Shown: positions 1 to 11,622, counted from the first letter of the stretch. The stretch: DNA of 64,000 nucleotides from an uncultured Nitrospiraceae bacterium (GCA_963727775.1 CAVSHB010000002.1:800001-864000), one strand, 5' to 3'. The notes: generated by a model not told the origin, from the sequence alone. Program-made: numbers and translations.

Positions 1-28
1 GGCACCAAAAAAATAATTAGTTTCCAAG

Positions 29-67
29 AGCGGGGCAACGATCAAGTCATCTTTGCCCCGCTTTTTT
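29..67 (+). terminator. Intrinsic terminator of a gene upstream of the window
   Basis: Stem agcggggcaa/ttgccccgct followed by a T-run. Confidence 0.65.
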
Positions 68-116
68 GTCTTCAAACGCGCATATTTTAATTAGTATCAG
101 TATTGGAGGTGTGTAT

Positions 117-926
117 ATGAAAGATAGGGAGAAGACAAGAAGGCATCTCATGAGTAGATTAGATGGTCTGCGTGAGGGGATAGATAAACTGCAAGAAGCG
201 ATGGGCGAGTTTCAAAAATCAGAAGAGCAAATGCAAGAAAAACTTATCGAATATGAAAAATTATCCGCCATCGGCAGACTTACCGCTAATGTAGCACATG
301 AGATACGAAATCCGATTACGGTCATCGGAGGGCTGACGGAAAGATTAAAGAAAAACTTTGTTCAAGAACCGAAACAAAAGGAATATCTGGATCTGATTTC
401 ATCGGAGGTAAAAAAATTGGAAGAAATTTTAAAGGATGTTCTTATTTTCTCCAATAAAGCTGTTTTCAAAAGGGAGATGCAAGATATTCATAAGATAATT
501 AATGATTCTTTAAATACTTATAAAGATAAATGTGAATACATAAATATAAATAAATTATTTGGCTATATTCCCCATATATATATAGATGAAAAACAAGTTC
601 GTTTTGCAGTAGACAATCTCATATCAAATGCTATTGACGCGATGCCCGATGCAGGAGTGCTGACTATTATCACAAATGTAGAATCTTTAAACGGGAAAAA
701 CTATGTTACTTTAAAAGTAATGGATACAGGAGTAGGCATTTCAGAAGACAAATTAGCAATGATATATGAACCTTTTTTTACTACAAAAACAACTAAAGAA
801 GAGGCATGGCTGGGACTTCCTATAACGAGAAAAATTGTAGAAGGTCATGGTGGGTTAATTAAAGTAGATAGTGTTGTTGGAAAGGGGTCTACTTTTGCTC
901 TTTATTTTCCATATAGAGCAAAATAG
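117..926 (+). CDS. Cytoplasmic histidine kinase (coiled coil + HisKA + HATPase), no obvious sensor domain
   Basis: H-box AHEIRNP, N-box NLISNAIDA, DTGVG, PFFTTK, GKGSTF; ATG at 117 follows GGAGGT (ORF track starts at 66). Confidence 0.9.
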   Translation: MKDREKTRRHLMSRLDGLREGIDKLQEAMGEFQKSEEQMQEKLIEYEKLSAIGRLTANVAHEIRNPITVIGGLTERLKKNFVQEPKQKEYLDLISSEVKKLEEILKDVLIFSNKAVFKREMQDIHKIINDSLNTYKDKCEYININKLFGYIPHIYIDEKQVRFAVDNLISNAIDAMPDAGVLTIITNVESLNGKNYVTLKVMDTGVGISEDKLAMIYEPFFTTKTTKEEAWLGLPITRKIVEGHGGLIKVDSVVGKGSTFALYFPYRAK

Positions 927-1013
927 CAACATCACTCTTTTCAATAGGTTCTTGATTGTCCGGTCAAGCCGGATAATGATAAACACTGAGTTTATGGACA
1001 GACTCTACTTCGT

Positions 1014-1898
1014 TTAATTCGAGATATTAACGGGAATGCCCTTCTTCTCTTTGAGAGCTGAAAGCATCTTTATCTTGTCGATGTTTTCATATAGGTTCTT
1101 TTGCCGGAGCAGCCTTACGGCTTCATCATAATAATTAATGCGTAAAAATGGGTCCTTGTGTGCCTCTAAATAGACATTATTATTTAAGACGCCGATTTTT
1201 ACCGGCTGGCGTATAATGTTCACTTTGGTGCCGTTGGGAACAACCTGGAATAGCTTCGGTATATCTTCGGGATAAAGCCTTAAACAGCCGTGACTGGCTC
1301 TTCTGCCGACTGCAAAAGGTCTGTTTGTCCCGTGGAGTAGGATAGTGTTCGCGGAGAGCCTCAATGCATGAGAACCCAACGGGTTATCAGGCCCGGCGGG
1401 TACTACCCTCGGCAACTCCGGTTTTTCTTTCCTGATGGATTCAGGAACATGCCAGCTCGGTTTGACTATTTTCTCCGCCACCTTGTAAGTTCCAATAGGA
1501 GTTTCATTGCCTTCGCTGCCGATCCCTATAGGATATGTCCTGACTATGCCACGGTTCTTTTTTGAAAAATAATAGAGTCTCATTTCAGAGAGGTTTATTA
1601 CAATCCCGTCGTAGGCCGTCATATCCGGAATTACCCACGAAGTGGCCATCGTGACGTTTTTGCCGTCTCCCGGAATAAACGGATCAAGCCCGGGATTTGC
1701 ATCGGTTATCGAGTTATAACCGATTCCGAATTTCCTTGCTATCTCGATGAGGGACTCGTTTCCCTTAATTTTATACGTTTTCATCGAGCCGATTACTGTG
1801 CTGTCATGAGAATAGGGATAAATCTCAAAAGCATCTGATGATGCAGGTGATAAGACAGTAAGCGCAAGAAAAAAAATCAGAAGGATTCGAATATGCAT
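1014..1898 (-). CDS. L,D-transpeptidase (LysM + YkuD, ErfK/SrfK family)
   Basis: Signal peptide, LysM-like ESLIEIARKF, GPDNPLG, HGTN...SHGCLRL catalytic motif. Confidence 0.92.
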   Translation of the reverse strand: MHIRILLIFFLALTVLSPASSDAFEIYPYSHDSTVIGSMKTYKIKGNESLIEIARKFGIGYNSITDANPGLDPFIPGDGKNVTMATSWVIPDMTAYDGIVINLSEMRLYYFSKKNRGIVRTYPIGIGSEGNETPIGTYKVAEKIVKPSWHVPESIRKEKPELPRVVPAGPDNPLGSHALRLSANTILLHGTNRPFAVGRRASHGCLRLYPEDIPKLFQVVPNGTKVNIIRQPVKIGVLNNNVYLEAHKDPFLRINYYDEAVRLLRQKNLYENIDKIKMLSALKEKKGIPVNISN

Positions 1899-1975
1899 AT
1901 AAATGATATTAATAGACAGAGGGTATGAAATTCAAGCGGTATTCGTTGAATTGAATGCATAGAGAGGCAGTTCTC

Positions 1976-2731
1976 TTAGACAGCCATTATCTCCGATGAT
2001 GAGTAACGGCCGGCGGTATAAAAGGCAAGGCCGCTTCCAACAATCTCAAGGTGGGTTTTTAACGCAACTGCCGGGGTATTATTCTTCTCGGAAAGATGCG
2101 ACAGGCATGCCCATTTAAGTTTATGGCCCGACTGAAGCAGTTCCGCGGCTTCTCTGTTCGAAAGATGCCCTTCCGGACCTTGAATGCGTTTCTTGAGGAA
2201 AGCAGGGTACGGGCCATTTGAAAGCATCTCTGGGTCGTAATTGCTTTCGATAAAAACTGCGTCGAGCGAGGCAATCACCGGAAACAGTTCTTTAAAGACA
2301 TGTCCCAGGTCTGTTAATATCCCCAGCTTTTTCCCGCCTGAGGAAATGACGAATGCCGCCCCATCTGCCGCGTCGTGAGGAGTGGGAATCGTCTGAACGG
2401 ATACTCCGCCGAATTGAATACTACCTCCCGCGAGAAAATAGTTCACATTATTTAATTTGCCCAGCCTGTTTTTGCTCTCAGCCAGAGTCTTCGGGGTGAT
2501 ATAGATAGGCAGGCCATATTTTCTTTGGTATATACCGGCACAACGGATATGGTCGGAGTGGTCATGTGAGATTATTAAGGCGTTGACTGAACGGATATCA
2601 CGGCCGTATGCCTCAAGCCTCCGCGCAACTTCAGCTCCGCAGATACCTGCGTCGAAGAGCACCCTCATGCCTCCAGTCTCAACATAAATGCAATTTCCGC
2701 TGCTTCCCGACTGAAGCGAAATTGCAATCAT
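1976..2731 (-). CDS. MBL-fold metallo-hydrolase (YycJ/WalJ-like)
   Basis: SGSSGN, SHDHSDH, TDLG, ESNYD, GHLSN, HLSEKNN. Confidence 0.9.
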   Translation of the reverse strand: MIAISLQSGSSGNCIYVETGGMRVLFDAGICGAEVARRLEAYGRDIRSVNALIISHDHSDHIRCAGIYQRKYGLPIYITPKTLAESKNRLGKLNNVNYFLAGGSIQFGGVSVQTIPTPHDAADGAAFVISSGGKKLGILTDLGHVFKELFPVIASLDAVFIESNYDPEMLSNGPYPAFLKKRIQGPEGHLSNREAAELLQSGHKLKWACLSHLSEKNNTPAVALKTHLEIVGSGLAFYTAGRYSSSEIMAV

Positions 2732-2934
2732 CGGGTTGACCCCGAACTGTAAAGAAAGTTTTCCGGAAGACGGTTTAACATAAACAGTCTATTATAGTAG
2801 ATATTGTTAAAATTATCGGGGAAAAACTGAATTGAGGATTACGCCTTAACTACCGGCGCCGCAGACCCGCTATGACCGATTACCCTTTCTGTCACGCTGC
2901 CCATTAATGTCCAGGCGGCATTTATACCGATCAT

Positions 2935-3912
2935 TTATTTCATAAAAAACTGCGTAATATATTTTATCGCGAGGAGAACAATAATAACTCCAAGCATAAC
3001 TTTGATAAACTTCTGGGGAACGAATTTCTGGAACCGCGCGCCAAGGTATATGCCGATAAACCCTCCTGCGCCGAAGAGGAAACCGAGGAGCCAGTCAGGA
3101 GAAGTTACCATCCCGGCTTTGGCGGGTATTACGCTGTAAAAAATTACTCCTAAAATAGAGGTGATAAAAGTCCCCATTAGAGCTGCGCCGGCAACCGTGT
3201 AAACCGGCAGATGAAAAACTGCCACGCAGAACGGCGCAATAATTGCGCCGCCGCCGATGCCGTAAGTGCCGCCGATTATTCCGACGAAAAAGGCGAGAAA
3301 GAACATGGCGACTGTGCTGAATGAAAACCTCTCGCCCCAGAATTCGTATTCAACTTTTTTCAGGCTTACCGAAACGGTTTTTACAACAGCCTCGGGAGGC
3401 AGGCCTGAGGCCACTCTGCCTTTTTGCTGTTCTCTGATCTGTTTCGTCCTTTCCTTGAATTTATTTTCAAGCGCCTTCATCTTTGCTTTACCTTTTTTGG
3501 CCTTGCCCGTAATTTCATAAAGAAGACGTACGCCTATATAGAGCAATACGCATCCAACGAAAAGTTTAAATGTTCTCGGGTCAGGCAGGTAAATCACCCT
3601 GAGATAATAACCGATGAAAACACCCGGCAATGTACCCACAATGACGACCCATGTCAGAGGCCACGCCATGCGGCCTTCTTTGAGGTAGCGGTAAACCCCG
3701 CTCGGGATCGCTACAATGTTAAATACAAAGTTGGTAGCGCTCACGGAGGGACTCGTGAAATGAAGGAAGCTCATCTGGAACGGTAAAAGAAGAAAGGCGC
3801 CTGAAACCCCGCCCATAGAGGTGAAAAAGGAAACGACCAAGGCTACCAGAGGAGGAATGAAAATATAAGTCTTGACCCCCGATACAGGAAAAAGCATATA
3901 TAACAAATCCAT
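2935..3912 (-). CDS. TauE/SafE family (sulfite exporter-like) membrane protein
   Basis: Two hydrophobic halves with GGVSGAFLLLP and GIGGGAIIAP motifs. Confidence 0.85.
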   Translation of the reverse strand: MDLLYMLFPVSGVKTYIFIPPLVALVVSFFTSMGGVSGAFLLLPFQMSFLHFTSPSVSATNFVFNIVAIPSGVYRYLKEGRMAWPLTWVVIVGTLPGVFIGYYLRVIYLPDPRTFKLFVGCVLLYIGVRLLYEITGKAKKGKAKMKALENKFKERTKQIREQQKGRVASGLPPEAVVKTVSVSLKKVEYEFWGERFSFSTVAMFFLAFFVGIIGGTYGIGGGAIIAPFCVAVFHLPVYTVAGAALMGTFITSILGVIFYSVIPAKAGMVTSPDWLLGFLFGAGGFIGIYLGARFQKFVPQKFIKVMLGVIIVLLAIKYITQFFMK

Positions 3913-4146
3913 ATCAACCCTCCACCAAATTATTCATGCTAAAATTTACTATATCGCATAAAGAAAGACTCTCTGAAAAAGTATCTATAATTCCGATTTA
4001 AAAAGCAAATAAGATTTGCTTATATTTATATGTGCACAATTGGACAGACATAAAGCTTCAATGTGCTGTCATTCCCGCTCATTTTATTATGCACTTCGTG
4101 ATAATTGCATGATTGAAATCATCCGAAACGTTCATCTGATGTCTAA

Positions 4147-4176
4147 TTGACAGCTGTAGTTTGTACTTTGTATAGT
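4147..4176 (+). promoter_or_regulatory. Sigma-70 promoter of the fluoride-responsive genes
   Basis: TTGACA-N18-TATAGT about 10 nt before the riboswitch. Confidence 0.6.
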
Positions 4177-4186
4177 ATACTCAATC

Positions 4187-4310
4187 GGCGATGGGGTTCG
4201 CCTCTAACCGTTCCGGACGATCGGAAATGATGACCCCTACTATGTCGGCAAAGAGCTGAGGGCTTAGAGCAGTAACTCTTGGAGGCTTGCAGACACGGTA
4301 GGGGTCTTTT
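4187..4310 (+). ncRNA. Fluoride (crcB) riboswitch 1 with terminator platform
   Basis: GGCGATGGGGTTCGCC...AACCG...TGATGACCCCTAC; gacccctac pairs with gtaggggtc (4298-4306), followed by TTTT. Confidence 0.9.
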
Positions 4311-4346
4311 AGTTTATGTCCCCTCCGGTGGTGAGAATAAGGAGGA

Positions 4347-5492
4347 ATGTTAAAGATGGAAAACCAATGGCTTCAGGCTGCGTTATGGATGGGGCTTGCT
4401 CTTGTGGCGACATTGCTCTCTGTGAGGATCGCGATATCGATCGCCTTGCTCGAAATAATGGTCGGCGTGATCGGCGGGAACTTCCTGCCTCTCCAGAGGA
4501 CCGAATGGGTGAATTTCCTTGCCGGGTTCGGTAGCATCTTACTCACTTTCCTCGCAGGGGCGGAGGTTGAACCGGAGATTCTCAGGAAAAAATTCAAAGA
4601 GAGCTTCGGCATAGGCTTTCTGAGTTTTTTGATACCCTTTTTAGGGGCGATGGCGTATGCATATTACATAGGGGGTTGGACTTTCCAGCAGGCGGCGATA
4701 GCCGGTATTTCCCTCTCAACCACGTCAGTTGCCGTAGTATATGCGGTCATGATAGAGACAGGATATAATGAAACAGAACTCGGCAAACTTATCCTTGCTG
4801 CCTGTTTCATCACTGACCTCGGCACAGTATTGGCGCTGGGTATCTTTTTTGCAAATTATGACTGGCATTTAGTGCTTTTTATCGCGGTAACAATAATTAC
4901 TCTCCTCTTACTTCCTAAATTTACTCCCTGGTTCTTTATGAAAGTCGGCAGCCGGATCAGCGAACCGGAAACGAAATTTATCTTCCTGTTGCTTTTCGGC
5001 CTCGGAGGAATTGCTCTGACTGCGAAAAGTGAAGCGGTACTGCCGGCCTATCTGGTGGGGATGGTATTGGCTCCTTTCTTCCTGAAGAACAGGACGCTCA
5101 GCCACAGAATGAGAGTCACTGCTTTTACTATGCTCACGCCTTTTTACTTTCTCAAAGCAGGCTCATTGGTAAAACTTTCGGCGATGTGGAATAGCGCCTT
5201 GCTGATTCTGATTTTTCTCATGGTCAAAATGGCAGCGAAATTTATAGGGGTATGGCCGGCTACAAAAATTTTCAGCTTCGGTAAGAAAGAAGGTATGTAT
5301 ACAACCCTGCTGATGTCGACGGGTCTTACCTTCGGGACGATATCGGCGCTCTTCGGGTATACGAATAAGATCATTACTCAGGAACAATATACAATACTCG
5401 TTACTGCTGTTATACTTTCAGCAGTAGTACCGACAATAATAGCCCAAAGATGGTTTCAACCTGAGATAAAAAAGGAGGGGAATGATGTTTAA
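4347..5492 (+). CDS. Cation:proton antiporter (CPA2/KefB-like)
   Basis: Multi-TM protein with FLAGAE, STTSVAVV, ITDLG, PFYFL motifs. Confidence 0.88.
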   Translation: MLKMENQWLQAALWMGLALVATLLSVRIAISIALLEIMVGVIGGNFLPLQRTEWVNFLAGFGSILLTFLAGAEVEPEILRKKFKESFGIGFLSFLIPFLGAMAYAYYIGGWTFQQAAIAGISLSTTSVAVVYAVMIETGYNETELGKLILAACFITDLGTVLALGIFFANYDWHLVLFIAVTIITLLLLPKFTPWFFMKVGSRISEPETKFIFLLLFGLGGIALTAKSEAVLPAYLVGMVLAPFFLKNRTLSHRMRVTAFTMLTPFYFLKAGSLVKLSAMWNSALLILIFLMVKMAAKFIGVWPATKIFSFGKKEGMYTTLLMSTGLTFGTISALFGYTNKIITQEQYTILVTAVILSAVVPTIIAQRWFQPEIKKEGNDV

Positions 5493-5907
5493 GAAAATCT
5501 TAATAGCCAATGACGGCTCTGAAGGAGCAAAAAAGGCACTCAAAATTGCCATTGATCTCGCAAATAAATATAGCGCCGAACTCCACAGCATATCCGTAGA
5601 GGAGGGAGTGCCGCACTATGCAGCTACAATCGGAGAAGTAGAAGAATTCAGAAAAGAGGCGAATGAATTTTTCCAGAAAATCAATGACGAGGCAAAGGAA
5701 GAGGCAAAAATTTCCGGAATAGAACTTTATATAAAGGTTCAGGCAGGACATGAAGTTGAAACTATCGTGAATTATGCGAGGGAAGGGAAATTCGATCTCC
5801 TCGTGATAGGCTTTATGGGGCATTCAAAGATATTCGGAAGAGTCTGGGGGTCAACCTCACAGAATATTACAAAGCTGTCTCCTTGTACCGTTGTTGTGGT
5901 AAAATGA
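5482..5907 (+). CDS. Universal stress protein
   Basis: KKILIANDGS, DLLVIG, GSTSQNI, PCTVVVV. Confidence 0.93.
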   Translation: MMFKKILIANDGSEGAKKALKIAIDLANKYSAELHSISVEEGVPHYAATIGEVEEFRKEANEFFQKINDEAKEEAKISGIELYIKVQAGHEVETIVNYAREGKFDLLVIGFMGHSKIFGRVWGSTSQNITKLSPCTVVVVK

Positions 5908-5914
5908 TTTAAAC

Positions 5915-5993
5915 GGCGATGGAGTTCGCTCAACCGTCTCGCTTGATCGGGACTGATAACTCCTACCAAAGACTTCTTTGGTAGGAGTTTTTT
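5915..5993 (+). ncRNA. Fluoride (crcB) riboswitch 2 with terminator
   Basis: GGCGATGGAGTTCGCT..AACCG..TGATAACTCCTAC; terminator stem aactcctaccaaag/ctttggtaggagtt plus T-run. Confidence 0.92.
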
Positions 5994-6047
5994 AGTTTTG
6001 AGATAACAACATGACTCCTGCCGAGAGAAGGTGAAGGGAGGTTAATA

Positions 6048-7802
6048 ATGGTTCTCGACAAATACTCGCATTTCAAAGAAGAACTTGTAGAGTGTATCAA
6101 CTCTATCCTGACAATCGAAGGCATCACCGGCAGCATCTGTGAAGAAATCAGAGAAAAAATCGAAAATAATGTATTTAACCTTGTTGTTCTTGGACAGTTC
6201 AAGAGGGGCAAGACCACCCTCATAAATGCGCTCCTCGGAGCAGAAATATTGCCTACCGCTGTTGTACCTCTAACATCTATTGCAACAATCCTCACATACG
6301 GCGAGACGTTGAATATCAAAGTATATTTCAACGACGGCAGGGTGCCCGAAATTGAACCGGCGAGCCTCCCACAATATGTTACAGAAAAAGGAAATCCAAG
6401 GAACGAAAAGGATGTGCGGGAAGTCATCATTACCTACCCGTCGTCTTATCTGAAAGACGGTGTAAGGCTGATTGACACTCCCGGCGTCGGCTCCATTTAT
6501 GAACATAATACCGATGTTGCCTATCAGTATCTTCCAAAGTCGGATGCAGCCTTATTCCTCATTTCTGTGGACCAGCCGTTGAGCAAGGCTGAGTTGGATT
6601 TCCTTAAGGACGTAAGAGAGTATTCGAACAGGATATTCTTTCTTCTCAGCAAAGCGGACTACTTCTCCGAGCCTGACCTCCGGGAGTCGATGGAATTTTC
6701 AATGGATGTGCTCACAAAGGCGATGGGGACTGAAGTGCGGATCTTCCCGGTTTCTGCAAAACTTGCCCTTGAAGGGAAGGTTTCAGGCGCCGAAGACCTT
6801 GTCAATAAAAGCCGACTTCCACAATTTTCAGAAGTGCTCAACAATTTCCTTATGGAGGAAAAGGGAAAGATACTGATCATATCGATTGCGAACAATCTGC
6901 TCCGGCTGATCTCTCAGGTGAGGTTCGCACTTGAACTTGAAATGAAATCGCTCTTCACACCCCTTGAGGAACTGCAGGAGAAGATAAAGATCTTCGAAAA
7001 GAAGGAGAAGGATGTCCTGACGGAAAAGGGCGATTTTGACTTGCTGTTGGATGCTGAAGTTAAAAAGATAATCAACAACGTTCTTGAAGAAGACCTCAGG
7101 GTTTTCAGGCAGGAGTTGATTCTTAAAGTATCCGAAATCCTTGAAAGCCGCTACAAAGAGTATTCTGACATGTCTCTGAAGAAGCTTCGGGAGCAGCTTG
7201 AGAAGGAGATTATCACAGAAGTAAAACAGGCGTTTGCATCCTGGCGCATCATCGAAGATGAAAAGCTGGCAAAGACCTTTGAGACGGTCTGCAGGAGGTT
7301 TGTTACAAAGATCGATGAGACGGTGGATTCCCTTCATAAGTTTTCTTCCGAGCTTTTCGCGGTACCCTTTGATGCGGTGAAGGCAGAGGCGCTTTGGTCA
7401 TCGAAGTCCGAGTTTTACTACAGATTCCAGGAACAACCGGTGGGTATTGAGATAGTGACATCGTCGGTGACTTTGTTGCTGCCGAAGTTCATCGGCGAGA
7501 AGATAATCCTAAAGAAGATGAAGGAATACTTGTGTCGGGTTACTGACCTGCACACCGCCAGGGTCGGTTACGACTTTGAAAAGAAGCTGGACAAGGGCAA
7601 ACTCGATTTCAGATGGGAGATGCGCCGCAGGATAGAGGCAACCATCGAAGGGATCAGAACCGCCATAGACAAAGGAATGACTCAAAGATCCGGAGGTGAG
7701 AAGGAGGCGACTGAAAGGAAGAGCCAGGTCTCACATGTTCTTGTCCTGCTTGACGGAATTAAGGAAAAACTGATTCAGATACAGCAAAAGGTTTCTTCTT
7801 AA
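6048..7802 (+). CDS. Bacterial dynamin-like GTPase
   Basis: G1 GQFKRGKTT, G2 LPTAVVPLT, G3 DTPG, G4 SKAD, PVSAK, long helical C-terminus. Confidence 0.88.
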   Translation: MVLDKYSHFKEELVECINSILTIEGITGSICEEIREKIENNVFNLVVLGQFKRGKTTLINALLGAEILPTAVVPLTSIATILTYGETLNIKVYFNDGRVPEIEPASLPQYVTEKGNPRNEKDVREVIITYPSSYLKDGVRLIDTPGVGSIYEHNTDVAYQYLPKSDAALFLISVDQPLSKAELDFLKDVREYSNRIFFLLSKADYFSEPDLRESMEFSMDVLTKAMGTEVRIFPVSAKLALEGKVSGAEDLVNKSRLPQFSEVLNNFLMEEKGKILIISIANNLLRLISQVRFALELEMKSLFTPLEELQEKIKIFEKKEKDVLTEKGDFDLLLDAEVKKIINNVLEEDLRVFRQELILKVSEILESRYKEYSDMSLKKLREQLEKEIITEVKQAFASWRIIEDEKLAKTFETVCRRFVTKIDETVDSLHKFSSELFAVPFDAVKAEALWSSKSEFYYRFQEQPVGIEIVTSSVTLLLPKFIGEKIILKKMKEYLCRVTDLHTARVGYDFEKKLDKGKLDFRWEMRRRIEATIEGIRTAIDKGMTQRSGGEKEATERKSQVSHVLVLLDGIKEKLIQIQQKVSS

Positions 7803-7823
7803 TTCTAAAAAAGAGAAGTTATA

Positions 7824-7880
7824 GAACGATGGAGACCGTTCTTTTAAGTGTCCTGTTATATCAGGTCTGATGACTTCTAC
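7824..7880 (+). ncRNA. Fluoride (crcB) riboswitch 3, divergent variant
   Basis: GAACGATGGAGACCGTTC...CTGATGACTTCTAC; P1 covaried to GAACG/CGTTC; sits upstream of enolase. Confidence 0.72.
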
Positions 7881-7893
7881 GGATAAATCTTAG

Positions 7894-9210
<1,317 letters not shown>

Positions 9211-9218
9211 AAAGCGTC

Positions 9219-9473
9219 TTAAATCAAACTTAGCCAGAGATAACCAATAAATATGCATAAGATTGATAAAGGGATGCCAATTTTCATGTGCCCAATGAAG
9301 CCTATTTTAACCGCAGGTCTTGCCCCTTCTATCAGTATAAGGTTTCCTATGGACCCTAAAATCGTCAGATTACCGGCAAGGGTGCTGCTCATGGCAAGTA
9401 AAAGCCCTGTTTTTTCTTGATCAATAATCGATGGAATTATATTAAAGCCATTTATTAGACAACACACTATCAC
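9219..9473 (-). pseudogene. C-terminal fragment of an ArsB/NhaD/CitMHS-type anion transporter
   Basis: LAMSSTLAGNLTILGSIGNLI...KIGIP is the C-terminal motif of that family; only 84 aa present. Confidence 0.7.
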
Positions 9474-9580
9474 ATATAGAATAGGTTTTGACAGTATGAT
9501 ATATTTTTGCTACATGTATATAGCTGGTAAAATGGTTTTGATCTGAGTGAAAACTGAAATCCAAAAATCTTACTGATTAA

Positions 9581-10762
9581 ATGGATAGCCAGAAAAACAT
9601 TGCCTATCGCTTCATTGTCATCATGGGGATTGTCAGTATGTTTGGGGACATAACCTATGAAGGCGCTAGAAGTATTACCGGCCCTTATATGGCGGTCCTG
9701 GGGGCGAGTGCGGGCATGGTCGGTCTTATTACGGGTATCGGAGAGTTTGTAGGATATGCGCTGCGTCTTGTTTCGGGGCGGTTGGCTGACAGGGCCGGAG
9801 CGTACTGGCCCCTTACATTCATAGGATACGGTCTAATTTTTTTCATACCATTGCTGGGGTTGACGGGTTACTGGCAGCTTGCAGCGGTTTTTATCATTTT
9901 GGAGCGGATGGGAAAGGCGATTAGGACCCCTGCGAGAGATGCGATACTCTCCCATGCAACAAAGCGGGTGGGCCGGGGCTGGGGATTTGCTTTGCACGAA
10001 GCACTCGACCAGGTCGGTGCTTTTATCGGCCCGCTGATCTTTTACTCCGTATTTATTTTAAAGGGCGGCTATCGCGAAGGGTTTACTATCTTATGGATTC
10101 CCGCACTCTTAACTTTAGTCTTTCTCACTATAGCGAGGATTAAGGTACCGTCGTCTGAGAATTTCGAGATTCCTCTTGATATGCCCCGACACAAAGGAAA
10201 AGGAAGGCTTCCGAAGATTTTCTGGCTTTACACGATTTTTGCATTCTTTAGTGTCGCCGGGTTTGCCCATTTTCAGATAATCTCCTACCACCTTAAGGTA
10301 CAGTCGGTTTTTTCCGATACGTATATCCCCGTGCTTTATGCAACAGCCATGGCTGTAGATGCAGTGATAGCGCTGATTATAGGAAGAATATACGACAGGG
10401 TTGGGATGACCTCTCTGATATTGCTGCCTATTTTGACCTTCCCTGTTCCCTTTCTCGGTTTTTCACTAAACCACAATTTTGTGGTTATAAGCATTGTACT
10501 ATGGGGCGCGGTTATGGGGGTCCATGAGACGATTATGCGCGCCGCTATCGCCGATTTGACGCCTATAGAAAACAGAGGGTTTGCATACGGAATTTTTAAT
10601 GCCGTATATGGAGCTTCGTGGTTCTTGGGAAGCGCAATCATGGGTTTCCTCTATGACCTTTCACTCGGTTATTTGTTTGTCTTTGTCGCGCTCATGGAGT
10701 CGATCTCCGTCCCGATATTTTTTCTGATAAAAAGAGAAAACTTTATAATGGTCAAAAAATAG
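9581..10762 (+). CDS. MFS transporter
   Basis: About 12 TM segments, SGRLADR, GKAIRTPARDA, GRIYDR. Confidence 0.9.
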   Translation: MDSQKNIAYRFIVIMGIVSMFGDITYEGARSITGPYMAVLGASAGMVGLITGIGEFVGYALRLVSGRLADRAGAYWPLTFIGYGLIFFIPLLGLTGYWQLAAVFIILERMGKAIRTPARDAILSHATKRVGRGWGFALHEALDQVGAFIGPLIFYSVFILKGGYREGFTILWIPALLTLVFLTIARIKVPSSENFEIPLDMPRHKGKGRLPKIFWLYTIFAFFSVAGFAHFQIISYHLKVQSVFSDTYIPVLYATAMAVDAVIALIIGRIYDRVGMTSLILLPILTFPVPFLGFSLNHNFVVISIVLWGAVMGVHETIMRAAIADLTPIENRGFAYGIFNAVYGASWFLGSAIMGFLYDLSLGYLFVFVALMESISVPIFFLIKRENFIMVKK

Positions 10763-11622
10763 TGGCGGCGGGACGCAGGCTTGGTGTTCATACCTCTATC
10801 GCCGGCGGGTTACACCTAAGCCTGGAAAGGGCTCACGCTCTGGGATGTAATACGTTGCAGATATTTTCCCATAACCCGAGGGGATGGTCTGTGAAGAACA
10901 TTTCTGAAGAAGAAGCCTCCCGGTTTAAATTACTCAGAGAAAAGTTCAATATTTCCCCGGTTTATATCCACACATCTTACCTTATAAATATGGCGTCCGG
11001 AGACGAAGCGCTGAGAAGAAAATCCGTTGAGCTGCTTGCCGTTGAAATGGAAAGGGCTGATTCTATCGGCGCGGATTATGTGATACTTCATGCGGGAAGC
11101 GCATCCGGGGATGAGCGGCGGACCGCAAGGCAAAGGACGGTGGAAGCATTAAATGATCTTGAACTGATGGGACGATGGAAAGCGGGTCTACTCATAGAAA
11201 ATACCTCCGGTAAAAAAGGGGACATCTCCTCGGCTATCTCTGAACTGTCGGATATCATGAACGGCGCCAAAGGTCCGTTGATATCAGGCATATGCTTCGA
11301 CACCTGCCATGCCTTTGCGGCGGGATATGACATCCGCCGCGATGACGGTGTAAAAAGGATTTCAGATGAAATAAGAAGGGATATCGGAGACGGTAAAATA
11401 AAAGCGGTCCACCTTAACGATTCGAAAGGCGACTGCGGTTCGGGCGTCGACAGGCATGAACATATAGGTTTAGGGAAGATAGGGGCGGAAGCGCTAAGCC
11501 GTTTCATTCAATGCAGGCATTTCAAAGACGTCCCTCTGATCCTCGAAACTCCGAAGAAGAGAGAGTCCGATGATCCGATGAATTTGGCGAAAGTCAGGAA
11601 GCTGATGAGAATGAAACGATAG
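10762..11622 (+). CDS. nfo: Endonuclease IV
   Basis: GVHTSIAGG, HTSYLIN, IENT, DTCH, HLNDSK, DRHEHIG, LETP. Confidence 0.95.
   Translation: MAAGRRLGVHTSIAGGLHLSLERAHALGCNTLQIFSHNPRGWSVKNISEEEASRFKLLREKFNISPVYIHTSYLINMASGDEALRRKSVELLAVEMERADSIGADYVILHAGSASGDERRTARQRTVEALNDLELMGRWKAGLLIENTSGKKGDISSAISELSDIMNGAKGPLISGICFDTCHAFAAGYDIRRDDGVKRISDEIRRDIGDGKIKAVHLNDSKGDCGSGVDRHEHIGLGKIGAEALSRFIQCRHFKDVPLILETPKKRESDDPMNLAKVRKLMRMKR

Noticed and set aside
950..1010. Hairpin attgtccggtcaagccggataat between convergent genes
   Set aside because: Looks like a REP remnant or terminator, but it is a single degenerate copy and cannot be classified
2826..2925. Possible ZTP riboswitch on the minus strand (gccgcctgg, cgtgac)
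   Set aside because: The motifs are in the wrong order and the downstream gene does not fit
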